Shown here: piece by piece, positions 23,193 to 35,429 of the stretch
Layout: each line of letters opens with the position of its first letter
Position numbering within the stretch: position 1 is the first letter of the stretch
Assembly: GCF_000485595.1 (NCBI RefSeq)
Contig: NW_014577082.1
Coordinates: forward strand, 757,558-798,522
Length of the DNA: 40,965 nucleotides
DNA from: Priapulus caudatus
Taxonomy: Eukaryota
Direction of reading: 5' to 3'
Notes under the pieces: generated by a model
Databases searched by the model: none
The model's input: only the letters and a program-made list of their open reading frames with translations
Told to the model about the DNA's origin: nothing
Position numbers and translations under genes: made by a program

Positions 23193-23490
23193 ATGGCCGC
23201 GGCCGTAGGCGCCGTCGTCTGCGTCGCGCTCGCGCTTCCGGCGTTCGTCGTCGCCGACGCGTGGAGGTTCGACGCGTTCGAGGCCGACGTTGTTCCGGCG
23301 GGGGAGACGGTGCTGAGCGACGTCGTCGTCGACAGTCATGGTCCATGTGCGGCGGCCTGCGTGCAGCTGGACGCGTGCACGAGCTTCTACTACACGAGGG
23401 CGCCACCGGCGTGTCTGCTGCTAGATACTCTGCCGACGTCTGTAGGCGCGTCGGCGACCGTGACGACCAACAGCGTACAATACGTGAAAG
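23193..23490 (+). CDS. First exon of a secreted PAN/Apple-domain protein
   Basis: acaacATGG start, signal peptide MAAAVGAVVCVALALPAFVVADA, PAN pattern CAAAC-x4-CTSFYY-x6-CLL, GC-rich codon usage, phase-1 donor AAAG|gtgagc at 23490/23491. Confidence 0.75.
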
Positions 23491-23830
23491 GTGAGCAGCG
23501 GAGAGGTGCGGGGAAGAGCTATGGGCGCGAGAATAGTGAGGGAACGTGGGTGAGGAGAGTAGGGGAGAGGTTTGGAGAAGAAGTACCAGGAAGGCTGCCG
23601 AAGGAACACGGTTTAGGGGGAAATGGATAAGTGTTGAGAAGAGTGGGACTTGTTAGGGGATGGGGTAAGAGAGGAAGAGTATAGAATTGCTATAGTGGAT
23701 AGAACGAGAGTACTAATGAAGGTAATAAGGTAATGAGGGTAGTAAGAATGGTTAACAAGAGAAGAGCGAGATAAAGCGGGGACTGTGAGAGATAATGATA
23801 ATCAGCAGCCGAAATGGGAAATATAGAGAG

Positions 23831-23833
<3 letters not shown>

Positions 23834-23904
<71 letters not shown>
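23834..23904. repeat. (GA)n microsatellite at the duplication breakpoint
   Basis: Direct reading; homology to 12696+ begins immediately after it. Confidence 0.95.
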
Positions 23905-23905
<1 letters not shown>

Positions 23906-23909
<4 letters not shown>

Positions 23910-24359
23910 GATGTTCTGTCTGCCGTTTGCGGTTCAAGCTCATCGTTTTGTGGCGCAGGGTTAGCATTTTCTGGTGCAGACGTAGCTCCTAATGGTATAG
24001 ACGTAGGAGTTGTTGGTAAAGGGTTAGTCGGTTTTGGTGCATCCATTGCTCTTGGTGGTACAGACGTAGGTGTTGACGGTAAAGGGTTAGTTGATTTTAG
24101 TACACATATAGCTCTTAGTGGTGCAGACGTAGGAGTTGGTGGTAACGGGCTAGTTGGTTTTGGTGCATCCGTTGCTCTTATAGTGGTACAGACGTAGGTG
24201 AATTTAGTACACCCATAGCAAGCAGTGGTGCAGACGTAAGTGTTGATGGCGCAGTTGCTTGTGGGATATGTTTTGCTGCTTGTTTACTTCCCTCTTCGCT
24301 GGCAGGTGTTTGGTCAGTGAAACACGCTGATCTCGTCTCATCAACCTGGTACCGGTCAG
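23906..24359 (-). pseudogene. Orphan Pro/Thr-rich exon-like fragment with 63-bp (21-aa) repeats
   Basis: Acceptor-like ttttatgttctggattag at 24360; repeats such as RAMDAPKPTNPLPTTPTSIPL (gacgtagg at 24000, 24063, 24126, 24191); 2-nt frameshift near 24180. Confidence 0.45.
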
Positions 24360-24772
24360 CTAATCCAGAACATAAAATGAACCAACAACTTTTCTTTTTG
24401 TTAATCATCTTTTCTATACGATGAGCATTTACAGACGATGTGTGGGTAGTAGTAGTACGTGTTTTAAATAACCTTTACCCTCCTACTCGCAATGTGAGCA
24501 AACACCGTATGCACTCTTTGATAACGTTTGTACACGGTATTTAATATAGTTTAGCCCCCCTCCACCCCACCCGCCGGGAACCATAGCTCCCACCACACGC
24601 ACGCCGTGGGGGACAATCTCTATAGTGCCACCCCTGCACGCAAAGGTTCAATAAAGATGGCAGTTTACTTTTCCAAAGACTTAAGTATAATCTTACAAAG
24701 CGGTATAGCAAAATCTATACGATGCACAATGTCTGCGATTCAAATGGCTCACAATGAATGATCACAGTCAAT

Positions 24773-26916
24773 AAATATAGGGCCCTATATTTAGGGGCCT
24801 AGGGCCATATCCCTCTCACATGTGTATCAGCTCGATTCTGTTTCACATACCTATGCGATAGAAAAGGAAGAGCGATTCCGATCATAAGAAAGCATTCTCC
24901 GATCATACCACCTTGATGTTTAGTCTTTTGTCAGTCGCTATACACAACACCTCAAATTTGATTCTTACACGCCCGCACGCACGTATACGCACGCAAATGA
25001 TCATACTGGCAAATTAATATACAGAATAATTACCTCTGTCTTTTAGCACTCATTCTTGGTTTTTCTCGTCTAGCTGTCCGTCGTCTCGCGTGGTAAGGAC
25101 ATTGTAATTAAGGTAGCCGTAAACGCAACTCTAAAACTCGCAACGCAACTCTAACAGGAGCATGTTTATAAGCAGCATATCAACACCTGTACGCCACCGG
25201 TCACGTGACCATGTACGCACGTGGGCGTGTGTATGTGTTCGTGTGTGCGTGCGCGTGTCTGTGCATGTATGTGTGCGTGTGCGCGCACGTGGCGTGTTTG
25301 TGCTTGTGCGTGGGCGTGTGCGTGTGTGTATATTGCGTGTGCGTATGAGTGTATCAGTGCCCATGGGAGTGTGTGTATGCACTAGTTGCGTGAACAACTT
25401 TTTTTGATGATGGGTTATAACGAGCATGTTGGTAGGTGATACTACACCACGCAGGGCGATAGCCGAGTTGTCATAATTATATCATGTAATACTACTATTA
25501 CTGTAATAGTCATGATAAGTCATCGACAAGTCGACAAAGTCTGTCCAAAGGTTGGGTAAGATGTACGCAATAAGATTGACCTTGTGGCAGGCATATTTTT
25601 ACGTTACACTGTAGCGGGGTTTTTATATACCATATTAATCGCGCTTTATTTATTTTATTTAATTTGGACTGTCTGGTGTAGAACGTAGTGCTTGCTAATA
25701 CGCATGCGCAGAATGCGCAAAAGGCATTTGCGCACCCAAAGCTTTGACATTGGTCGAAGAAAACTATTTTGGCTGTCAACGACGCGAGCGCCATTCCTAT
25801 GTACATTAGCATAGGTGGAGAATTGTGGCGGGATGGCAGCCGACAGATATCCACATCCAAGTGTGCCTTTAGGCCACTTCGTTCCCTGCCGGTGGCCTCC
25901 AACCCCCGTCAGCTCACTCCGAAAATAACCCTTTCGCGACCGAAAATAGATCTTTTTGTTTACGTATTTTAATAATGCTAAAACAAGTTACCATGGTATG
26001 ATGGTATATGCCGATTGTATTACCCATAGGCATAGATATCAGGAGTAGATAATAGGGAACTATAGAGGGATAATAAGGGGATATAGGGGGATAATAGGGG
26101 GCCTGATAGATATATTATAGTATTAAATAGGAAAAACAAGACAAGCGCCATGCAGTGCAGCACTCGGTAAGTTATGAGTAGCACGTTATAGTGTTGCCGG
26201 CGTTATATTTGTATGACGGGGGCCTAAGCTAGGCCACCGATATAGAATTGTAATAATAGTGTATGATGGGGGCCCAAAGCCACATATATAGTATTTGTAT
26301 GACAGGGGCCTAAGGCCACCTATATAGTATTGTAATAATAGAATAGTGTATGATGGGGGCTCAAGGCCACATATATAGTATTTGCATGACGGGGGCCTAA
26401 GCCCACCTATATAGTATTGTAATAATAGAATAGTGTATGATGGGGGCTCAAGGCCACATATATAGTATTTGCATGACGGGGGCCTATAAGCCCACCTATA
26501 TAGAATTGTAATAATAGTGTATGATGGGGGCCCAAGGCCACGTATATAGTATTTGTATGGCGAGGGCCTAAGGCCTCCTATATAGTATTGTAATAATAAA
26601 ATAGTTTATGATGGGGGCCCAAGGCCACATATATATTATTGTATATGACGGTGGCCTAATGCCATTTATATAGTTTTTTAGTATAGTGTATGCTGGAGGC
26701 CGACCAAGGCCACATATATAGTATTGTGTATGAAGGGAGCCTAAGGCCCCTATATGTGAAAAGAGTGATATGTGAAGGGAGCCTATATGTGTGTGGCAAG
26801 CTTTGGTTGTAAGCTATACGGCCTCCAGCAAAGATAAGTAGGCTGCATCACTTGCATGGTGTATTATTGCGCCAGCGGGGCCCTAGGCCCCCGGTGGCTT
26901 ATAAGGCCACACTTAG
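24773..26916 (+). mobile_element. Non-autonomous Helentron/HINE-like element with internal minisatellite (second, noisy copy at ~13630-15873)
   Basis: 5' palindrome AAATATAGGGCCCTATATTT, 13-bp subterminal inverted repeats GGGGCCTAGGGCC (24794-24806) / GGCCCTAGGCCCC (26879-26891), 3' hairpin GTGGCTTATAAGGCCAC, internal GT-rich tract and tandem repeats. Confidence 0.6.
26205..26760 (+). repeat. Minisatellite of ~80-88 bp built from two ~40-bp subunits
   Basis: tatgatgggggcccaaggccacatatatagtatttgtatgacgggggcctaagcccacctatatagtattgtaataatagtg repeated about 6 times. Confidence 0.9.
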
Positions 26917-26947
26917 ATGTTATATGTGGATATCTGTCGCCTGCAAA

Positions 26948-29900
26948 CGCAGCGGGGACCTTACATGCAAGGTCTTCCTCCTATTTATTAAATGATGTCT
27001 ACTGATGGAATGTTATCATAGAAATCTATGCTAGGATAACTCCTCTTCATTTTAAATGCATAATCTTTGCAAAATACGATTTCTCTCGGGAGATATTGCG
27101 CATGCGCGCGCACCGTGTTAGGCGTGCAGTGCCGTCTGAGGCATAATATTCATAATATAGCTTGCTGAGGGGGAGAGGGGATGGGTGACTGAGTAAATCC
27201 GGCAGGGAAGATAGCTGGGGGCGGTAGACGAAGAAGGAGGCTGAGCGAGGGACAGGGGAGGCAAGGAGAAGGACGCGAGGGCATAAAATAGGTGTTTTGT
27301 ACACTACATTCTAGGGCGCTCTCCCAATTATAAACAGAGGTCTACTGATAAATGTTTATTGGGGAAATCTATGCTGAGATACCCCCTACCCATTTTAAAT
27401 GCATATTCATCACAAAATATAACTCCTCTGGTGAGATAATGCGCATGCGCTAACACACTAACGTAACCAGATTGTGTACTGGCTGGTATACGCAGCGGGG
27501 ACCTTACATGCAAGGTCTTCCTCCGATTTCTTAAATAACGTCAACTGATGGAATGTTATCAAATAAATCTATGATAGGATAACTCCTCTTCATCTTAAAT
27601 GCATAATCTTTGCAAAATACGATTTTTCATGGGAGATATTGCGCATGCGCGCGCACCGTGTTAGGCGTGCAGTGCCGTCGCAGGCAAACTTCATAATATA
27701 GCTTGCTGCGGGAGAGAGGGGATGGGAGACTGAGGAAAGGCGGCAGTGAAGAGAGCTGGGGCGGTAGACGAAGAAGGAGGCTGAGCGAGGGACAGGGGAG
27801 GCAAGGGAAAGGACGCGATGGCATAAAGTAGATGTTTTGTAACCTACATGCTAGGGCGCTCTCTTTATTCTAAACACAGGTTTACTGATAAAAGTTCATT
27901 AGGGAAATCTATGCTGAGATATCCCCTAACAATTTTAAATGTATATTCATCACAAAATATAACTCCTCTGGTGAGATATTGCGCATGCCCTAACACAGTA
28001 ACGTAGCCAGATTCTGTACTGGCTGGTATACGCAGCAAGGACCTTACATGCAAGGTATTCCTCCCTTTTGCAAAGATTATGTATTTAAGATGAAGAGGAG
28101 TTATCCTATCATAGAGTTATATAATAACATTCCATCAGTTGACATCATTTAAGAAATTACGATTTCTCACGGGAGATATTGCGCATGCGCGCGCACCGTG
28201 TTAGGCGTGCAGTGCCGTCGGAGGCAAACTTCATAATATAGCTTGCTGCGGGAGAGAGGGGATGGGAGACTGAGGAAAGGCGGCAGAGAAGATAGCTGGG
28301 GGCGGTAAAAGAAGAAGGAGGCTGAGCGAGGGACAGGGGGGTCAAGGGGTAGGACGAGAGGGCACAAAGTAGGTGTTTTGTACCCTACATGCTAGGACGC
28401 TCTCCAAATTATAAACACAGGTTTACTAATAAAGGTTTATTAGGGAAATCTATGCTAAGATACCCCATAACCATTTTAAATGCATATTCATCATAAAATA
28501 TAACTCCTCTGGTGAGATATTGCGCATGAGCTATTACACACTAGCGTACCCAGATTGTGTACTGGTTGGTATACGCAGGGGGGACCTTACATGCGAGGTC
28601 TACCTCCTATTTCTTAAATGATGTCTACTGATGGAATGATATCATATAAATCTATGCTAGGATAACGCCTCTTCATTTTAAATGCATAATCTTTGCAAAA
28701 TACGATTTCTCACAGGAGATATTGCGCATGCGCGCGCACCGTGTTAGGCGAGGCGTGCAGTGCCGTCTGACGCAAACTTCATAATATAGCTTGCTGCGGG
28801 GGAGAGGGGATGGGAGAATGAGGAAAAGCGACAGGGAAGATAGCTGGGGGCGGTAGAAGAAGAAGGAGGCTGGGCGAGGGACAGTGGAGGCAAGGGGAAG
28901 GACGCGTGGGCATAAAGTAGGTGTTTTGTACCTTACATGCTAGGGCGCTCTTCTAATTATAAACACAGGTCTACTGATAAAGGTTTATTAGGGAAATCTA
29001 TGCTAAGATACCCCATAACCATTTTAAATGCATAATATTATTCATCATAAAATACAACACATCTGGTGAGATATTGCGCATGCGCTATTACACACTAGCG
29101 TAGCCAGATTGTGTACTGGTTGGTATACGCAGCGGGGACCTTACATGCGAGGTCTACCTCCTATTTCTTAAATGATGTCTACTGATGGAACGTTATCATA
29201 GAAATCTATGCTAGGATAACTCCTCTTTATTTTAAATGCATAATCTTTGCAAAAATACGATTTCTCTCGAGAGATATTGCGCATACGCGCGCACCGTGTT
29301 AGGCGTGTAGTGCCGTCTGAGGCAAACTTCATAATATAGCTTGCTGAGAGAGAGAGGAGATGGGAAACTGAGGAACGGCTGCAGGGAAGCTAGCTGGGGG
29401 CGGTACAAGAAGAAGGAGACTGAGCGAGGGACAGGGGAGGCAAGGGGAAGGATGCGAGGGCATTAAGTAGGTGTTTTCTACCCTACACGCTAGGGCGCTC
29501 TCATAATTATAATATATATAATACAAACTCATAATATAAACACAGGTCTACTGATAAAGGTTTATTAGGGAAATCTATGCTGAGATACCCCCTAACCATT
29601 TTAAATGCATATTAATCANNNNNNNNNNNNNNNNNNNNNNNNNNNNNNNNNNNNNNNNNNNNTGGTATCATATAAATCTATGCTAGGATAACTAGTCTTC
29701 CTTTTAAATGCATAATCTTTGAAAATACGAGTTCTCACGGGAGATATTGCGCATGAGCGCGCACCGTGTTAGGCGTGCAGTGCCGTCTGAGGCAAACTTT
29801 ATAATATAGCTTGCTGAGGGTGAGAGGGGATGGGAGACTAATGAAATCCGGCAGGGAAGATAGCTGGAGGCGGTAGACGAAGAAGGAGGCTGAGCGAGGC

Positions 29901-31262
29901 ACAGGGGAGGCAAGGAGAAGGACTCGAAGACATAAAGTAGGTGTTTTGTACACTACATTCTAGGGCGCTCTCCCAATTATAAAGAGAGGTCTACTGATAA
30001 ATGTTTATTGGGAAAATCTATGCTGAGATATCCCCTAACAATTTTAAATGTATATTCATCACAAAATATAACTCCTCTGGTGAGATATTGCGCATGCGCT
30101 AACACAGTAACGTAGCCAGATTCTGTACTGGCTGGTATACGCAGCAAGGACCTTACATGCAAGGTATTCCTCCTATTTCTTAAATGATGTCAACTGATGG
30201 AATGTTATTATATAACTCTATGATAGGATAACTCCTCTTCATCTTAAATACATAATCTTTGCAAAATACGATTTCTCACGGGAGATATTGCGCATGCGCG
30301 CGCACCGTGTTAGGCGTGCAGTGCCGTCGGAGGCAAACTTCATAATATAGCTTGCTGCGGGAGAGAGGGGATGGGAGACTGAGGAAAGGCGGCAGAGAAG
30401 ATAGCTGGGGGCGGTAAAAGAAGAAGGAGGCTGAGCGAGGGACAGGGGGGTCAAGGGGTAGGACGAGAGGGCACAAAGTAGGTGTTTTGTACCCTACATG
30501 CTAGGACGCTCTCCAAATTATAAACACAGGTTTACTAATAAAGGTTTATTAGGGAAATCTATGCTAAGATACCCCATAACCATTTTAAATGCATATTCAT
30601 CATAAAATATAACTCCTCTGGTGAGATATTGCGCATGAGCTATTACACACTAGCGTACCCAGATTGTGTACTGGTTGGTATACGCAGGGGGGGACCTTAC
30701 ATGCGAGGTCTACCTCCTATTTCTTAAATGATGTCTACTGATGGAATGATATCATATAAATCTATGCTAGGATAACGCCTCTTCATTTTAAATGCATAAT
30801 CTTTGCAAAATACGATTTCTCACAGGAGATATTGCGCATGCGCGCGCACCGTGTTAGGCGAGGCGTGCAGTGCCGTCTGACGCAAACTTCATAATATAGC
30901 TTGCTGCGAGGGAGAGGGGATGGGAGAATGAGGAAAAGCGACAGGAAATATAGCTGGGGGCGGTAGAAGAAGAAGGAGGCTGGGCGAGGGACAGTGGAGG
31001 CAAGGGGAAGGACGCGTGGGCATAAAGTAGGTGTTTTGTACCTTACATGCTAGGGCGCTCTTCTAATTATAAACACAGGACTACTGATAAAGGTTTATTA
31101 GGGAAATCTATGCTAAGATACCCCATAACCATTTTAAATGCATATTCATCATAAAATACAACACATCTGGTGAGATATTGCGCATGCGCTATTACACACT
31201 AGCGTAGCCAGATTGTGTACTGGTTGGTATACGCAGCGGGGACCTTACATGCGAGGTCTTCC
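26948..31262 (+). repeat. ~540-bp satellite array, ~8 units, with higher-order structure
   Basis: cgcagc(g/a)(g/a)ggaccttac at ~26949, 27491, 28031, 28574, 29128, 30140, 30683, 31232. Confidence 0.95.
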
Positions 31263-31812
31263 GAGCAAATTTCTGGCAGTTATAAAGCTGATAATGAGGC
31301 GTAATTTCTCGTGTTATATAATATATACTTAATATTTATAAGATTTTCAATAGGAATATTAATTTACATTTAGTATGCGCGTTTCATTTATTCGCTCCAA
31401 AATCTAAGTGGGCTGATGCTCATCACCCACGGATATAAAACAATCTGATGTTTTCACTGGCATAGAAAGCAATAATTATGAGTCTTCCATGTAAGGTTCT
31501 TTTATAATTAAGCACACGTGACAACATGAGATCATTGTGATTTCATACCTCCGAACTTTATTCAACTGACAACAATATGACAGACACCATATATGGTATA
31601 TATTATACGTCTCAATTGTACTATATATACTAACCACGTTAGTACGACGACTGATTAATAAATAACACATTCAAAAGAGACTATTGTGCCTATAGTACGA
31701 CTATAGTGCCTACATGCATAGCGCCAATACTTCTGCTGCCCAAACATTGCCTTGACAGAACGAAATAAAAACACCATCTTCACATATACGTATGCATGTG
31801 TGCATGTCTATC

Positions 31813-31814
31813 TG

Positions 31815-31876
<62 letters not shown>
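31813..31876. repeat. (TC)n(TA)n microsatellite
   Basis: Direct reading. Confidence 0.95.
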
Positions 31877-31877
<1 letters not shown>

Positions 31878-32350
31878 CAAATATCAAGAGCACGAGTATA
31901 TGATGCTACGCAAGATATTTTTGGCATTTTTGTCATCAGAAATAATATAGACTAGAACCTCGATTACTACAATACTCGAGTTATATTATATCAACTGGAC
32001 AGAGAAGCACTCTAGCTGGCTGTATAACGGCCAAGCTATATAATACACACCTTTGTATAATATCAATGCATACCTCAAAATTTCAGCTTTTTTCTTTCTC
32101 AAAACGACTAGATTCATCGATAAACATATTAATAGTCCATAAATTATATTTCTATGCGTCTCGCAATTTCCAACTGACGGTATTCTCGAATAAACACGAA
32201 AGAGCATATACTGTATTATATATATATATATATATATGAACGATGAATTAATATTCAATTCCACTTGTTATGGATAACGAACAAGTTGACTAGTTTTTTT
32301 AGGCACGGCGCAGCACTTTTTTTCCCTGCGTATTTTAACACTGCACGTAG

Positions 32351-32754
32351 TTAATGGCATCACAGTGTCCCGGACTTCGCGATTCTACTACGTTGCTGCT
32401 AAAACCTACAGCCCATTTAAGGAGGAAGGTAAATGACAATCTTATACTTCATACTGCAGTAACGGTGTAATGCAGTGCGGAGTCGGCATCAGCCGTAGCT
32501 AGCGGAAGGAAAGGTGTAGTTACACCCCCACCCCTACTCCAGACAAACGTGGATGATATTACCATGGGTGAATAATGACAAATTTGTCATTATTAATCCC
32601 TGATATTACACGGTCAATGGCGAATTGGGGGTTGTCGCCATGCAGTGTGTTAGCCAGAGACCCGTCTACCCGTCTTTTGGACGGCCTATTCTTGGATGAG
32701 ACGGATAAAATATATTACACACCTTGTATAACTGACAACAGTGCGTATCTCTAA
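32351..32754 (+). pseudogene. Disrupted C-type-lectin-like coding remnant, possible continuation of the PAN exon
   Basis: Polypyrimidine tract + cgtag| phase-1 acceptor; reconstructed (V)NGITVSRTSRFYYVAAKTYSPFKEE/VTV*CSAESASAVAS...NWGLSPCSVL...YYTPCITDNSAYL*; in-frame TAA at 32468 and a 47-bp insertion. Confidence 0.35.
32563..32602. mobile_element. 40-bp palindromic mini-insertion with 7-bp target duplication
   Basis: ATATTAC|catgggtgaataatgacaaatttgtcattattaatccctg|ATATTAC. Confidence 0.7.
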
Positions 32755-34324
32755 TAATAGAGAACACAGAGATAATCTCTATTATTATAGTGAATAATAG
32801 TGAATAATAGTGAATAATCTCTATAATTCACTCCTGATAAAATCACATCAGATTCCTGTCTTTTTGGTATTTCAGACTAAATTTCCTCCATTTTAAGGCA
32901 AGGCCCTCCCCCTAGAGCACTTCGTGCCCGCAGCATCCTCGCTTCGCTCAGATGGTGAGACTCCCTGATTTTTTTCCTGGCTAACACTCTGCAGAATAAC
33001 CAATAACATCGTACACGTATTCGAACATGTAGATAAATTCCTCCTAACAGTAGATCACATATGCAGCACAACACATCGAACACGAGAAAAGACTCAGTCG
33101 CACAATATCATAGCCCGACCAGGCTCTACGACTGTTTCACGCCACGCAGTCAGAAGCGAGAAGGTAACTAACTTGTGGCTAATCATATCAGTGCACGCGA
33201 TTAAGGGTAAACATCAATACTGGACACGATGGCACATGAATATTGAACACACGTATCACACAGCCACGCACAGACCAGTAAGTGAAGCCATCAGCACTCA
33301 TTCGCACAAGCACACACACTCATCAAATGACAACAAGTTAACAAACGCGATAGGTCAAACGATCCAGCTATACTTTGAATGACATCTGAATCAGAGGACG
33401 CTCGTGACACCTCTCTTTCAAGCATCCCTTATGATTATATAATGTACTATCACTCTCAACTCTCTTTACAGCTTTCTGTCTTAGTCGTGCTATGTGTGGT
33501 GCCCGCCTTACTTATTACCACATACTGTGGATGACTGGCAACGTGATACCAGGAGTGTACAATATAGATTACCTCTTATAATATATATTATCTATATTAT
33601 ACACATCTGGTAATATAACATCGCAGCATGCTTACGCAATGCACAACATCAGAATGAACGTTCAAGTCTAGCCCAACACTAGCACTACATTGGCAAGAAT
33701 CTAATAAATTAAAGGCAGTTGACCACACAGCATAATCACACTCACTGGAGACTTACGACACTCACAACACACGCGGATATAAATTACTATAACTTTCTCT
33801 CCTGATTCAACAATTATCACATTTCCATACATTCTACTAACACAATGTCATATAACATAACAACAAAATACTACTTCAACATCCAACAAGCACAATATAT
33901 TATAAGCCAACACTATAAACTATAAGCCGGGGGCACACCGGCGTTTCAAGCATTGCGTTGCTTCATGTATTAGTAACGTAGCGTGGGAACGCAAAACACA
34001 CGTAAAAAGCGTGTTACTACCGCGTGAGAAAACGCAACCTAGTCAGCAAACGTAACGCAGCTACAGTCGCAGCTGCAGCGTCAGGGAGTAGAACACAATG
34101 AGTGGTTATTGTATTCGTCTGTCCATGTTCGGTCCGTATTTGTAACGCATGCTCACAAATTTACAGTGTGTATAATATAGCTAATAATAATAATAATGAT
34201 AATAAATTAACATTTAACAAATATTCCCAGTAAATAACATGAATTGCACATTAGATTAGAGACTAGCGACCATGCAATTCTGAGATGTCAGCAAACTTCA
34301 TATTCAACACGCAATTTCCTCATA

Positions 34325-35420
34325 ACATGATAAACTACATTAAGATGTCGATCTCAAAGACTATACATGTATATTTTCCCTGTATCTACCAACACGTCAT
34401 AGGCACAAGAATGACAAGAACCTCCTCACTCCTAATAGTATCACTAGTTACGCTCCCATAATATGAACAACGGTCGGAGGTAACAACGATCGCAGTGAAC
34501 TACCACGCGAACGTCACTGTAACAGACACACCGGAGCATTCCTTCGCAGTTTCGCCTGTCGTGACTCTACTGCGACCAACATGTGCACGCAGTCGCAACA
34601 ATACCTCCCACCACGCCGCAGCAACGCTTTACGGGAGACAGCAGACGCGCCACGCACTCAGAGTAATTCCCCCCCCCACCACCACCACGCCGCAGCAACG
34701 CTTTACGGGAGACAGCAGACGCGCCACGCACTCAGAGTAATTCCCCCCCCCACCACCACCACGCNNNNNNNNNNNNNNNNNNNNNNNNNTTGCGCTCCTC
34801 CCACATGATAAACACATTAAGATGTCGCTCTCAAAGACTATACATGTCGATGTTTCCGCTGTATCTACCAACATTTTTCGCCGGCGGCATTATGGCACAA
34901 GAATGACAAGAACCGCGTCCTCCCTCTCTAAATCGACTCTACTATCTTACGGCGTCCTCCCTCATCTGAACACATCGTCGTAGTACCCTATCATGCAGTC
35001 TAGTGAACCACCCAACCGAACGTTCACTGTACGACCAGAGCACACCGAGCATTCGATTGTCTGCTAGTTTCGCCTTCGGTTACGACCTGTTCTACCTGTT
35101 CTGCTGGGGGCGATCTCAACATGTCGTCACGTTCAGTTCCGCCAACAAATACTATGCCCACCTACTGGCATTGGCTTGTGTTGGCGCGCAGCCAACGCTT
35201 TTAACCGGGAGACCGCCAACGCCCAGCGCACTCAGCAGTAATTCCCTTGTGTCCCACCACCCGACGATTTGGTTTCCATATTGCTTTTTAGCAACGCGTT
35301 TCGTCGGGCGCACAGCAGTGCGCGCTGCTGCTTGCCCGTTTCGTTGTTCACTTTTCCGCGGTAGTATCGCGCGGCCCCCACCCCAGGTTTCCACGCAACG
35401 CTTTCGGAGACGCGCACCCC
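34325..35420 (+). repeat. Local duplication around a gap plus ~74-bp minisatellite
   Basis: 34325-34680 is repeated noisily at 34803-35260; unit cacgccgcagcaacgctttacgggagacagcagacgcgccacgcactcagagtaattcccccccccaccaccac at 34612 and 34686. Confidence 0.8.
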
Positions 35421-35429
35421 CACCACCGG

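Noticed and set aside
23491..23630. C-terminal extension of the 153-aa PAN ORF
   Set aside because: Lies past a consensus splice donor in purine-rich intronic sequence.
26205..26760. Repeat-spacer-like pattern resembling a CRISPR array
   Set aside because: The intervening segments are themselves repeated, there are no unique spacers or cas genes, and the context is eukaryotic; it is a minisatellite.
16015..30476. Repeated 60-87-aa minus-strand ORFs in the satellite (MPSR..., MHVRS...)
   Set aside because: They recur only because the DNA is repeated; frames and stops differ between monomers.
33122..33185. ~60-bp match to 6784-6847 (ctcta.ga.tgtttcacg...agaagcgagaaggtaac)
   Set aside because: Real similarity but too short to assign; most likely a fragment of a dispersed repeat.
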